Numbered from the stretch's first letter, positions 39,161 to 48,876 are shown. The stretch: 64,000 nt of DNA from Vulcanimicrobiota bacterium (GCA_963695225.1 OY968762.1:992001-1056000); one strand, 5' to 3'. The notes: generated by a model not told the origin, from the letters alone. Numbers and translations are program-made.

Positions 39161-39640
39161 CTAAGCGCGCGGCGCCGCTTTGAACATTTCGAGGATGTAG
39201 TAGAGCGAGACGACGACGTTCGCCCCCAATGCAACGAGCATCAGCGGGAGAAAAAGCGGGTCGAGCTCCGAGCGCTGCGCGCTCGCTACGATCCCCCACT
39301 CCAAGGCGAGCCCCGTGAGCATAGCCGCGAGCTTCATGGCGCCGAGCATCTCGCGCTGGATGGAGTAAAGGCGCTCCCGGTTCGATTCCGTCACGGCAAC
39401 CGGAAAGTTCGTGGAGCGGGGCGGGACGAGCTGCATGGCGCCGAGGAACAGGAACATGAACCCGTCGAACAGCGCGCCCGCCCAGACGATCCACTTCGGG
39501 CCGCGCGCGTCGGCGGCGCCGGTGATGTTGAAATGCGTCGAGACCGTCTCGGGCAGCGTCGCGTACGCGAGCGCCGCCCAAACGAAGCACGTTAGGGTCA
39601 CGGCAAACGAGAGCGCCTCGAAGGCGCGCCGGTTGTTCAT
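39161..39640 (-). CDS. DUF1648-like membrane protein
   Basis: LPETVSTHFNITGAADARG motif and four hydrophobic segments. Confidence 0.75.
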   Translation of the reverse strand: MNNRRAFEALSFAVTLTCFVWAALAYATLPETVSTHFNITGAADARGPKWIVWAGALFDGFMFLFLGAMQLVPPRSTNFPVAVTESNRERLYSIQREMLGAMKLAAMLTGLALEWGIVASAQRSELDPLFLPLMLVALGANVVVSLYYILEMFKAAPRA

Positions 39641-39719
39641 GCGCCTTCGTACTCCGCAGGATGCCGATTGTTCCTCACCCCGGCCGGATTTGAAAGGCCC
39701 GGTGCGAAACTCTCCGCGC

Positions 39720-40412
39720 GTGAGTGAAGCGACCGCGTCGTTTACCGGCTTTGCATCCTCCGGCCTGGAGCTGCTGCGCGACTTGGCCGAGAACAACGAC
39801 CGCGCGTGGTTTGCCGAGCGCAAGGAACGCTTCGAAAGCGAGCTGTTCGGACCGCTGCGGGCCCTTATCGCAGAACTGAGCGAGGCGATGGCAAGAGCGC
39901 GTTTGCCGCTGCGCGGGGATCCGAAGCGTTCCGCGTTCCGCATCTACCGCGACGTGCGCTTCAGCCCCGACAAGCGCCCGTTCAAGACGAACCTCGGCGC
40001 GTACTTGACCTACGACGGCGCGCGCGAGACGCCCGGCGGCCTGTACGTCCACATCCAACCGAAAGCGTCGTTCGCGGCGGTCGCCTTCCACGACATCGAG
40101 AAACCTCTGCTGCAACGCTGGCGCAGCGCGATGGCGAGCGATCCCCGCTCGTTCCGGCGCGTGCTCGCCGCCCTCGAGCGCAACGGTTGCAAGCTCGACG
40201 GCCCGGAGAAGTGGGGATCGCTCGTGCGCATGCCGCGCGGATTCGAAGCGCAGGCCGAGAGCGATCTCGCAGACTTCTTCCGGCTGCGCTCGTTCGTCGT
40301 GAGCGAAGCGCTCTCCGATTCCGCCGTCCGCTCCGCCGCCCTCGTCGAGCGCCTCGTGAAATTGACGAAAGCCGCACGTCCCCTGCTCGACTACGGCTGG
40401 TCGCTCGTCTAG
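39720..40412 (+). CDS. DUF2461 (TIGR02453) family protein
   Basis: LAENNDRAWF, FRIYRDVRFSPDKRPFKT. Confidence 0.85.
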   Translation: MSEATASFTGFASSGLELLRDLAENNDRAWFAERKERFESELFGPLRALIAELSEAMARARLPLRGDPKRSAFRIYRDVRFSPDKRPFKTNLGAYLTYDGARETPGGLYVHIQPKASFAAVAFHDIEKPLLQRWRSAMASDPRSFRRVLAALERNGCKLDGPEKWGSLVRMPRGFEAQAESDLADFFRLRSFVVSEALSDSAVRSAALVERLVKLTKAARPLLDYGWSLV

Positions 40413-40523
40413 CACGCGCCGGCACGGCGGCGCCATGCGTCCGGAACGTTTCCGCCGCGCACGTTCCCGCTACACCGCTGAAAACTCCCGCTCACGGGCG
40501 CGTGCGACGATGCGGCGATGTGC

Positions 40524-41108
40524 ATGCTCACCGAATCCACCGCCGCGCTCGTCGGCGAAGGCGCGCACGCCGATGCCGCGGCGACGATCTCGGACGTCCT
40601 CGCGCGCTTCGGCGTCGCCGCGATCCGCTTCGCGATCGACGCAGGGATCCGCATCGTACCGCTCTTGCCTCTGCAACGCTACAACGACGCCTCCGCATCG
40701 TTACGAAGGCTCGGAGTCGACGTCGACGCGTGGCCCGTCCCGCCCGCCGGGCTCTTCGTCGTCGAAGAACGCTCCATCTACCTGCGCACCGCAAGCCCGA
40801 TGACCGTGGCACACGAGTTCGGCCACGCGCTGGATTGCGCGCTCGGCGGCGGCATCTATCGCTCGAGTTACGATCCGCAGATCCGCCGCGCATTCCAGAC
40901 CGCGCGCGAATACGTGACGCCGTATGCAGCGAGCGGAATCGACGAATACTTCGCCGAGTCCCTGCGAGCCTACGTCGAAGTCAACGACGCGCACTCGCCG
41001 TGGCCGAAGACAACCCGCGCGCGCCTGGCCGCCGTCGATCCCGAGATGTGCGCGATCGTCGACCGCCTTTTCGAGAATGAGTTCGGCGCAGAGCTCCCGC
41101 CCAGGTAA
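40524..41108 (+). CDS. Zinc metallopeptidase, anthrax lethal factor/PPEP (ATLF)-like
   Basis: HEFGHALD followed by YAASGIDEYFAES and DPEM. Confidence 0.7.
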   Translation: MLTESTAALVGEGAHADAAATISDVLARFGVAAIRFAIDAGIRIVPLLPLQRYNDASASLRRLGVDVDAWPVPPAGLFVVEERSIYLRTASPMTVAHEFGHALDCALGGGIYRSSYDPQIRRAFQTAREYVTPYAASGIDEYFAESLRAYVEVNDAHSPWPKTTRARLAAVDPEMCAIVDRLFENEFGAELPPR

Positions 41109-41172
41109 GGCGCGCACCGGAAAGCGGGTTTGCGCACGAGGCGCGTGAATGCCTAGAGCCGGTGGCATTCTC

Positions 41173-42072
41173 ATGACGCGCTTCTCGGCCAACGTACTTC
41201 TGCTCGTGACGGGGGCGCTCTGGGGCGGCGGATTCGTCGCACAATCGAAAGGGATGGCCTCGATCGGCCCCCTCTCGTTCATCGGTTTGCGCTTCGCCAT
41301 TGCCGCGCTGGCGGTGCTTCCGTTCGCGCTTTGGGAATCGCGACGAGCGCCCGAGCCGCTCGAGCGGCGGAATTGGAGCCCATTTGTCTGGATCGGGCTC
41401 GCGATGTTTGCGGGTTCGGTCGCGCAGCAAATCGGCCTCACGGCGACATCGGTCTCGAATTCCGGCTTCTTGACGTCGCTCTACGTCATCATGGTCCCGC
41501 TGCTCGGCATCGCGTTCTTCCGATCTCCCCCGCATTGGGTCGTGTGGCCGGCGGCGACGGCCGCATTGACCGGCGTCTATCTCTTATCCGGAGGAGCGAC
41601 CGGGGCGCTGAACGCCGGCGATCTCGACACGATCCTGTGCGCAGGCTTCTGGGCGATCCAGATCGTCTTGGTCGGGAAGTACGCATCCCGGACGGGGCGC
41701 CCGTTGACCTTGGCCTTCACGCAATTCGCCGTGACGGGCGCACTCGGGCTGGCGGCGGGGCTTTGCACCGAAAGGATCGACCAGGCGGCGATCTGGGCGG
41801 CGGCTCCGTCGATCCTCTACGCCGGCCTCATCGCGGGGGCTCTCGCCTTTACGCTGCAAATGGTCGCGCAGCGCGCCACCACCTCGTCGAACGCCGCGAT
41901 CATGCTCGCCTCGGAGGCCCCGTTCGCCGCGCTGTTCGGCGCCCTGTTCTTGGGCGAGCGCCTCTCTCCGGTCGCGCTGTGCGGCGGAGCGTTGATCGTC
42001 GCCGCGATGGTCGCGGTCGAACTCGTTCCGCAATGGAACGGGAGGAAACTCGCCCCGGTCGCCGAGCGCTGA
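41173..42072 (+). CDS. DMT/EamA family transporter
   Basis: About 10 TM segments; LWGGGF..RF, SGFLTSLYV, EAPFAALFG..GE. Confidence 0.9.
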   Translation: MTRFSANVLLLVTGALWGGGFVAQSKGMASIGPLSFIGLRFAIAALAVLPFALWESRRAPEPLERRNWSPFVWIGLAMFAGSVAQQIGLTATSVSNSGFLTSLYVIMVPLLGIAFFRSPPHWVVWPAATAALTGVYLLSGGATGALNAGDLDTILCAGFWAIQIVLVGKYASRTGRPLTLAFTQFAVTGALGLAAGLCTERIDQAAIWAAAPSILYAGLIAGALAFTLQMVAQRATTSSNAAIMLASEAPFAALFGALFLGERLSPVALCGGALIVAAMVAVELVPQWNGRKLAPVAER

Positions 42073-42154
42073 GCGCTCGCCCCGGTGTCAGAACTGCGGG
42101 CAGGAGCGCCGGCCGGTTTCGGTTTCGAGGCCGCCCTCCAAACCGAGGGCGCGG

Positions 42155-42333
42155 ACCGCTCTGGGGCCGATCGTGTAGGTCCGCCTGCGACTCGCTTCAA
42201 GCGCGCTGCTTGCTTGACTCGGGTTGTGGGTCATCGAGAGCCTACTCTTTCAAGAAGTGGTGCGTAGGTACGACCGCAGCCCGAGTGTAGCGAGGCTCCG
42301 TCCCACAAACGTCCGACGACCCCGAAGAGCGGT
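42155..42333 (-). ncRNA. Putative 6S-like structured RNA (about 180 nt); strand tentative
   Basis: Ends are complementary (ACCGCTCT/AGAGCGGT plus GGGGTCG/CGGCCCC); inner stem ACTCGGG/CCCGAGT, apical CCTAC/GTAGG, side hairpin TCAAGC/GCTTGA. Confidence 0.45.
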
Positions 42334-42556
42334 TTATAATTCTGCATCATAATGCAAGCGAAGCGCCGTACGAGTTTCCCAATCAAGCTAATTCCGCGGC
42401 TGCGGTGTAGGCATCATGAACTCGCGCGGTAGGTGCCGCGAAAATAGGCCGCTTTGCTCATGCATGCTCCGCGAAACGTGCCAGGTCATCGCGTTCGATT
42501 CGCGTGAACTCGAAGTGTAGAACGCACTCGGAAGATAGCCAAAAAACGGACGTCTG

Positions 42557-43405
42557 ATGTTGAGATTCCTGAGATATCTCGCGTGTATCGCGGTGGTTCT
42601 TTTCGCGGCGAGCGCCATTCCCGCGGGTGCATCCTCGCCTGGTACGAGGATTGATTTTACTTCGCTCGATCCAAACCAGCCCTACAAGGTGTCGGGGACG
42701 CTGTACATGCCGGCAAAGACCTCGAGTCCGGTGCCGGCAGTCGTCTTGGTGCACGGGACCGACGGAATCGATTCCCGCGGGGCGTTGTACCGGGATCCGA
42801 TCGTCAATGCCGGGATTGCGGTCTTTGAAGTCGACTTCAAGACCGGGATCTACCACGGCCCGATGGATCGTCCGACGCAACCAAGGCTCCAGCCGATGGC
42901 CTTCGCGGCGTTGAAAGAGTTGCGCAAGCTGCCCGCCATCGACCCCAATCGCATCGGGATCATGGGATTCTCCATGGGCGGCGGCGTCACGCTCAGGGCG
43001 GCGCTGCAAAGCAACGTGAAACTCTGGATGGGAGACGAGAAAGGCTTCATCGCCCACGTCGCATTCTACCCGGTGAGCAAGCCGTTCATCTCGAATCTTG
43101 CAGAGCGCGGAGCCGCGCTGACCGGGGCGCCGATGATCGTCTTCTACGGGACGGAAGACTGCTACGGTGAGGGCACGGCGGTTCCCATGCTGAAGCGCTA
43201 CCTCGCGGCAAAGTTCAATTACGATTTGCCGACCGTTGAATACGCCGGCGCCACGCATGGATTCAATCGCAACGAACCCGCGATGCATTACCACGACCCA
43301 GCCGCCATCGGCGGGAACGGCTACATGGAGTGGAACGCGGATGCCGCGAACGATTCCGTGCCGAAAACCGTGGACTTCCTGCGTCGATCCTTAGCCGTCA
43401 AGTAG
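42557..43405 (+). CDS. Secreted dienelactone hydrolase-family alpha/beta hydrolase
   Basis: Signal peptide; HGTDG, GFSMGG nucleophile elbow, GTED, YAGATHGF. Confidence 0.85.
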   Translation: MLRFLRYLACIAVVLFAASAIPAGASSPGTRIDFTSLDPNQPYKVSGTLYMPAKTSSPVPAVVLVHGTDGIDSRGALYRDPIVNAGIAVFEVDFKTGIYHGPMDRPTQPRLQPMAFAALKELRKLPAIDPNRIGIMGFSMGGGVTLRAALQSNVKLWMGDEKGFIAHVAFYPVSKPFISNLAERGAALTGAPMIVFYGTEDCYGEGTAVPMLKRYLAAKFNYDLPTVEYAGATHGFNRNEPAMHYHDPAAIGGNGYMEWNADAANDSVPKTVDFLRRSLAVK

Positions 43406-43450
43406 CCGCAAGCTCCGCTAGCCTCCGGTCCGCCGCGGCGCGATCGCACG

Positions 43451-45433
43451 TCAGCCGGAGGCTTTCAGGGCATTTCTGCCGCCGGCGATCTCCGCGGCGC
43501 ATCCGGCCGCGTCGGTCCAGGCGACGACGCCCTTCGGCATCCTCTCGGTCGCCGCGCGCAGGATGGCGGCGACGGGCGATTGCGCGTCGCGAACCGTGAC
43601 GACGAGCGTGTGGACCGCGCGCGTCAGCGGAATCAAGAGCCAGCGCCGCGCGACGGCCTCCGGATCGCCGTGCAGTTCGTCGCGATGGAAGTTCGGGTGG
43701 CGCAGCCTGTTCGCGTAGAGGTCGTCGAGATCGAGCGCGAGCGCGATCCAGCCTTCGAGCCCGCGGCACGAATCGTATTGGACGATCCGCCACAGGTCCG
43801 CATCCGCGGGCGCCGTCCCGCGCGTCTCGGGGTCGCTCGCGTCCCACGCGCGTCCGCCGGCCGCCGCGACGATCTCGGCGAACCGCGCGTGACGCCCACC
43901 GCCCGCATCGCGGACGATGTTCGACGGCGGCACGCAGACGAGGCAATCGACGGGATCGGCCTTTCCTTCCCGCGCGGCGACCGCGAGTGCGCGAACGAGC
44001 TCCGGCGAGGCGACGTCCTCACCCGCGGCGATGATGATGCGCCCGCCGGGGAGATCCTCGCGCGGCTCGACGTGCCAGCGCTCGAAGCCGGCCGCTCCGG
44101 CGAAGGCGTTCGCGAAGAGCGCGACGTTGCGCAGCATGCGCAGCGAGTCGCCCAGGACGCGGTTCGTCCGTTCGCTCTTCGGGATGCCCGTCAGCCAATC
44201 GCACGGCGTCTGCCGCCGGACGAGCTGGTCGATGCCGTCGGCGATCGCGATCCGGCGATGGCCGAAGAAATGCAAGATGAAATCGCGCTCCGCGTCGGTC
44301 CAGTCCTGGGCCTCGTCGATGAGGACGTGATCCCAATCGAAGCGCTCCGGGTCGCTCGCGCGCAGCAGCTTCGCCCACTCGCCGTCCGGTCCGCCGGCGA
44401 GCTTCGCGGTCGCCGCGCGCAAGGCGTCGTCGAGGTTCGCGAAGGCGATCGCGCCCTCGGGCGTCCGCGGAATTTCGAGCTCGAGCGCGCGGAGCGCGGC
44501 TAAGAGGAACTCGGTCATCGTCTCGACGTGCACGCGCGTTCCGAGGAGCGCCGGCGGATCGAGCAGCATGCGCTGCAGGTGCTCGATGTCGCCGCGCAGC
44601 GCGCGGTGGAACGTGAGCACGAGGACGCGTTCGCCGCGCATCGTCGCGAGGTCGGCGGCGAGGAGCGCGAGCGCCGTCGTCTTCCCGCTCCCGCCGCGGC
44701 CCGCAAGCCGGATGAGTTTGCTGCCCGCGTCCGCGGCGAGCGCCTTCACGATCTCCTTGCCGGCGGCGTCGCGCGCGAAACGTTCGGTGCGGACTTTGTC
44801 GCGCGCACTGACGGCGCGACGGTTGAGCAGCAGATCGCGAACCGCGCGGACTCCGGCGCGTTCCCGTTCGGTTGCGTCCTGGGGAAAGGCGCGTTGCCGT
44901 GCCGCCGCGTCGAGCATTGCGAACCAGCCGGCCTCGCGGCCGAGGACGCTGCTGCCGATCCCGGCGAGAGCGCGTTCGTCGACTTCGGTCAGCCACGCCA
45001 GGGCGTGCACGAAGAGCGCCTCGCAACCGTACTTCGACGCGAACGACTTGAGCGATTTCGCGGCGTCGTCCGCTTGCGAGGCGACGCTGCGCACTTCGTT
45101 GCGGCTCCCGTACTTCGCGAAGATCTGGTTCCCGATCGACTCGAAGCGCAGGCCGTCGAGCTGCTTGATCTCGAGTGCTATGAGCGCGGACTGCACCTCG
45201 CCGGGCGGCGACGTCGTGCCGTCGCGGCGCTTCATAGGCGGGATCACGCGCGGGCGCTCGAGATCGACGGCGATGACGACGTCGATATCTACCGGCGTGC
45301 GGACGCCGGCGAGGACGTCGATCCGCTCGGTTGCGCTCGCGGCAACGTCGGGCCAGGCCTGCCGGATCTGCGCGACGAGCCGTTCGGCGACGCGGGCCTC
45401 GTTCTGCGGCGAGATGAGATGGAGCGCGATCAT
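43451..45433 (-). CDS. PD-(D/E)xK (NERD-like) nuclease fused to an SF1 helicase/ATPase
   Basis: DIDVVIA..ALEIKQ N-terminus; GRGGSGKT, VLTFH, IDEAQD, DGIDQ, CRGLE, LTRA. Confidence 0.72.
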   Translation of the reverse strand: MIALHLISPQNEARVAERLVAQIRQAWPDVAASATERIDVLAGVRTPVDIDVVIAVDLERPRVIPPMKRRDGTTSPPGEVQSALIALEIKQLDGLRFESIGNQIFAKYGSRNEVRSVASQADDAAKSLKSFASKYGCEALFVHALAWLTEVDERALAGIGSSVLGREAGWFAMLDAAARQRAFPQDATERERAGVRAVRDLLLNRRAVSARDKVRTERFARDAAGKEIVKALAADAGSKLIRLAGRGGSGKTTALALLAADLATMRGERVLVLTFHRALRGDIEHLQRMLLDPPALLGTRVHVETMTEFLLAALRALELEIPRTPEGAIAFANLDDALRAATAKLAGGPDGEWAKLLRASDPERFDWDHVLIDEAQDWTDAERDFILHFFGHRRIAIADGIDQLVRRQTPCDWLTGIPKSERTNRVLGDSLRMLRNVALFANAFAGAAGFERWHVEPREDLPGGRIIIAAGEDVASPELVRALAVAAREGKADPVDCLVCVPPSNIVRDAGGGRHARFAEIVAAAGGRAWDASDPETRGTAPADADLWRIVQYDSCRGLEGWIALALDLDDLYANRLRHPNFHRDELHGDPEAVARRWLLIPLTRAVHTLVVTVRDAQSPVAAILRAATERMPKGVVAWTDAAGCAAEIAGGRNALKASG

Positions 45434-45650
45434 GCGGCGGCGGGCGCCTCGGCGCGCGCACATGTCAGCAGCGAGGCGGGCAAGAACGCTCTTACGGGCA
45501 TGCGTCGGATCTTCGCCAAAGCGTCCGCCGACTCTCGCCTCGCGATCCGCCTTTGCTCCGCCGGGCTCGTTCCCGTCAACCGCTGAGGCCATGACCAAGA
45601 AGGGATGCCTCTTGGTCCCCGTCAAGCCGTCGTCGACCGGAGGCTCCGAT

Positions 45651-46505
45651 ATGCGCCAAACGTACATCCATGGCTACGATCCGCGAGAAAACGAGCGTCT
45701 TGCGGATCAGGCTGGGACCCTCGTTGACTTGTTGCATTCCGATACGGCATACGCGAGCGGCAGCAACGTCCTCGAGGCCGGTTGCGGCGTCGGTGCGCAA
45801 ACGATCACCTTGGCGCGTCGCAGTCCGCACGCCCGGTTCACCTCCGTCGACATCTCTGCGGCATCGATCGCCGAGGCGCGGTAACGTGTAATCTCGGCCG
45901 GACTAACGAATGTCGAGTTCCGTCAAGCGAACATCTTCGGACTGCCGTTCGAGGCGGAGTCGTTCGATCATATCTTCGTGTGTTTCGTGCTCGAACATCT
46001 TGCGCGACCAAGCGACGCACTTGCGGCACTCACCCGAGTCCTCAAGCCCGGCGGAACCATAACCGTCATCGAAGGCGATCACGGATCGGCGTACTTCTAC
46101 CCCGATAGCGCCGCAGCCAACGCGGCGATCCAATGCCAGATCGCGTTGCAGGAGGCTGCCGGCGGGAATGCCCTCATCGGAAGGCAGCTGTATCCGTTAT
46201 TGGTTCAAGCGGGTCTAGACGAGGTTGAGGTATCACCGCGTATGGTGTACGTCGATGCGAGCCGGCCGGGGCTCGTCGACGGATTTACGAGGAAGACATT
46301 CACGGCAATGATCGAGGGCGTTCGCGAGACCGCCATCGCGGCGGGCCTCATCGAGCCGGAAGCCTTTGATGCCGGCGTGCGCGATCTTCATCGAACGGCG
46401 GAGCCTGACGGCGTCTTCTGTTACTGTTTCTTTAAGGGCATCGGGAGCAAGCCGGCACGACGCGAGGGCGCGGTTTCGGAGAGTTTACCGTCAACGAGCG
46501 AATGA
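45651..46505 (+). pseudogene. Class I SAM-dependent methyltransferase interrupted by in-frame TAA at 45882-45884
   Basis: VLEAGCGVG before the stop; same frame continues RVISAGLTNVEF..FDHIFVCFVLEHL..LKPGG. Confidence 0.82.
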
Positions 46506-46797
46506 GCGAATCGCCGTTCAGAGTTGCGATGTCTTCGATGGACTCGAAGCCCAAGAAAGCGATGTGATCGTGCGCGTTGGCCGCGCTTGTGCGTTCGCTT
46601 CGCGCCGATCCGCTCTACGCAAGAGCCGCGGCCGATAACATTGCTTCGATCCGTGTGCTGGAGAAGGCGGGCTCGGACATTACATGGAAGCACTTCACCA
46701 TCCTTCAGCCGGCGAACCGATGATCATCACTATCGCTAACGAAAGGCACCGCTCATACCCGGCCTCAACGCCAGGGTTTCCGCGGCGTAATGCCACG

Positions 46798-47214
46798 ATG
46801 AGATACATCGTATGTGCGCTTATCTTTTGTCTAATGCCGATGGCGGCGAACGCATTTACTATTGAAAATGCAGCCGGCCAGCCAGGCAATCATGCAATCG
46901 GTGCGTTGTACTTCTTTACGAGTCAATGCATCAAGAAAGTGCAAGCAGCACCCCTCGACCAGAAAGAAACTGTTCAAGGAGCCTGCGAGAGCGATAATGC
47001 ATTAGAGAAGCCTCTTGCTGCAGGATATCACTTGCAAGTACTTTTCAAGACTTATCCGTGCGACACCAATGGAGGGTACGGGCTCAATTGGGACGACGGA
47101 AGTTGGCAAGATTACTTTGCAAACACATGTCAAGATGACATATGGGCAAAACCTCTCTATTCTGACGCAACCCACCCCGTTCCGCAAAAGAGCACCAAGC
47201 CGCTAAGAAAATGA
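46798..47214 (+). CDS. Low-GC orphan secreted protein
   Basis: MRYIVCALIFCLMPMAANA signal peptide; 4 Cys in the mature part; visibly AT-richer codons. Confidence 0.65.
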   Translation: MRYIVCALIFCLMPMAANAFTIENAAGQPGNHAIGALYFFTSQCIKKVQAAPLDQKETVQGACESDNALEKPLAAGYHLQVLFKTYPCDTNGGYGLNWDDGSWQDYFANTCQDDIWAKPLYSDATHPVPQKSTKPLRK

Positions 47215-47261
47215 GCCGACGCAGCGTTGCTTACCCTCGCTTTTTTTGAAAGGATTACAAC

Positions 47262-47867
47262 CTAAGCGGGGATAGTCGCGTGCGCCGGGATGCGCAGTTT
47301 CACTTCGCCGAAGACGAGCTCGGGCGGATGCGCGAGGATGTCGCCGAGGTTCGCTTCGGCCCACGCGAGCGTCCGTTCCCGGGCGGCTTTCGCCGACGCC
47401 TCATCCGCGAACACGAGCAGCCAGACGATGGTGCCGTGACCGGCGTCGATCGCGCCGTGCGCCGCATACCCCGGCAGCTCGGCGATCGCGGGAATGTAGC
47501 CCTCTTGAATCCGCTTTTTCGCCTCCTCGGCCGCGCCCGGTTTGCACGCCTGCTGCCACACGAAGCCGTACCCGGAGTGCACGTGTTCCCTGACGTCGCG
47601 AAACGCGACCGGCCCTTCGCTGATCCGCGGGTGGCCGAGCTCCGTCGCGGCTTGATTCTCTCGGACCCAGCCCGCGGCGAGGTCGGCGCCCAGCTCGTCT
47701 TCGAAGACGCTCGCCGTGACCACGCCGTCGGGGCCTGCGTCGATCAATGTCCACGAGACGAAGCCCCAAGCGTGGCTGATGGGACGCATGAAACGCTCGC
47801 GCGTATGGCGGACGATCGCGTCGATCTGCCCGGGCTCGGTCTTGTAGTGCCGGACGATACCGAACAT
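47262..47867 (-). CDS. Tandem ABM-like (dimeric alpha-beta barrel) domain protein
   Basis: Two internal repeats: KTEPG..FMRPISHAWGF..IDAG..SVFED and CKPG..YIPAIAELPGY..IDAG..LVFAD. Confidence 0.65.
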   Translation of the reverse strand: MFGIVRHYKTEPGQIDAIVRHTRERFMRPISHAWGFVSWTLIDAGPDGVVTASVFEDELGADLAAGWVRENQAATELGHPRISEGPVAFRDVREHVHSGYGFVWQQACKPGAAEEAKKRIQEGYIPAIAELPGYAAHGAIDAGHGTIVWLLVFADEASAKAARERTLAWAEANLGDILAHPPELVFGEVKLRIPAHATIPA

Positions 47868-48066
47868 CCAAAACCGCCTTTCGCGCCGCGCTAACGCGGC
47901 GCTCCCGATTCTTCGTGACCTGCCGACTCCGCCCCCCGGTCGGACCGCGCCCCCGAACGCTCTCGATCTATTCGAACGGGGACGACTTGTTTCGAGGAGA
48001 CGTCGTCCGCCCGGGAGGCCCGGCCGCCGTCGCCGGATCGCACGAGAACGACGTCTCCGGTCTGGC

Positions 48067-48345
48067 CTAGGATGCTTTCGCTTTGGCGAGTTCCTCGCGA
48101 ACGACCGTGCGAAGGCGCTCCTCAATGGGCACGGCCTCGCGAATCACTGCAGCGCGTAGCGCCTCGTTGATCGCGGTTTGGTATCCTCGTCCATCGCGCT
48201 CCGCGACAGCGCGAAAAGCATCCAGCACATCCGTATCGATGCAGATCGTGATGCGCGTCTTCCCCGGATTCGAAAGCACGGCGCCGCGTTTTGCGGTGCG
48301 GAAGTCGAATGCGGCTTCTTTCGCTGGGCTAGCGGCCTTCTTCAT
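48067..48345 (-). CDS. brnA: BrnA-family antitoxin (RHH)
   Basis: KTRITICIDTDVLDAFR..GRGYQTAINEALR. Confidence 0.85.
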   Translation of the reverse strand: MKKAASPAKEAAFDFRTAKRGAVLSNPGKTRITICIDTDVLDAFRAVAERDGRGYQTAINEALRAAVIREAVPIEERLRTVVREELAKAKAS

Positions 48346-48607
48346 AGCACTGCCTTTCGCTCACACGGGCCTGCCGAGCCGATACCAGACGCACGACCTC
48401 TGCTCCATCGGGATACGTGTAGACGACGACTAGGACCCGGCCTTCCAGATCGCGCCCGATCGTGACGAAACGCTGCTCATCGTGGCGACGATCCTCAATC
48501 GTCAGTGCGTCGGGGTCATCTAACGCGGTTGCCGCGTCTGAAAAGCGGACACCGTGCTTGCGAATGTTTTCGCGCGCCTTCGCGGTGTCCCAAACAACGA
48601 TATACAT
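48329..48607 (-). CDS. brnT: BrnT-family ribonuclease toxin
   Basis: WDTAKARENIRKHGVRFSDA..EQRFVTIG..VVVYT..RLVSARQA..ER..Y. Confidence 0.88.
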   Translation of the reverse strand: MYIVVWDTAKARENIRKHGVRFSDAATALDDPDALTIEDRRHDEQRFVTIGRDLEGRVLVVVYTYPDGAEVVRLVSARQARVSERQCYEEGR

Positions 48608-48620
48608 ATAATATACATAT
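48600..48620. promoter_or_regulatory. Candidate BrnA operator: ATATACATAT direct repeat over the brnT -10/start
   Basis: Exact 10-mers at 48600-48609 and 48611-48620 in an otherwise GC-rich context. Confidence 0.55.
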
Positions 48621-48876
48621 TCCATGGCCCGTGTCCAGGCCGGCTCCGCCTTCAAGCCAATCGCGACCCGCGACGATCTCGCTATGGACGCGAGAAGGTC
48701 GTGCCCCAAGGAAGCGAAGGTGGGGGCGGTCCTTTGAGTCTCCGTGTTGCGCCGGCGTCAACCCGCGCGACGGCGCGGCAGCCAGGCAGGTGGCACCCCA
48801 GAGCGTGGACCTACGCCATCGTCTTCAATCTGCACCAAGGGCAGCCGGCATCGACGTTCAGATGCAACGATGCGTG

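Noticed and set aside
42155..42333. tmRNA, SRP RNA, RNase P or tRNA
   Set aside because: No T-arm/CCA end, SRP loop motif or GAGGAAAGUCC; only the rod-like fold is supported
45882..45884. Selenocysteine/pyrrolysine readthrough
   Set aside because: The stop is TAA, not TGA or TAG
46502..46567. 21-aa ORF with four Met overlapping the methyltransferase stop
   Set aside because: Met codons are dispersed, with no promoter, terminator or Met-related gene downstream
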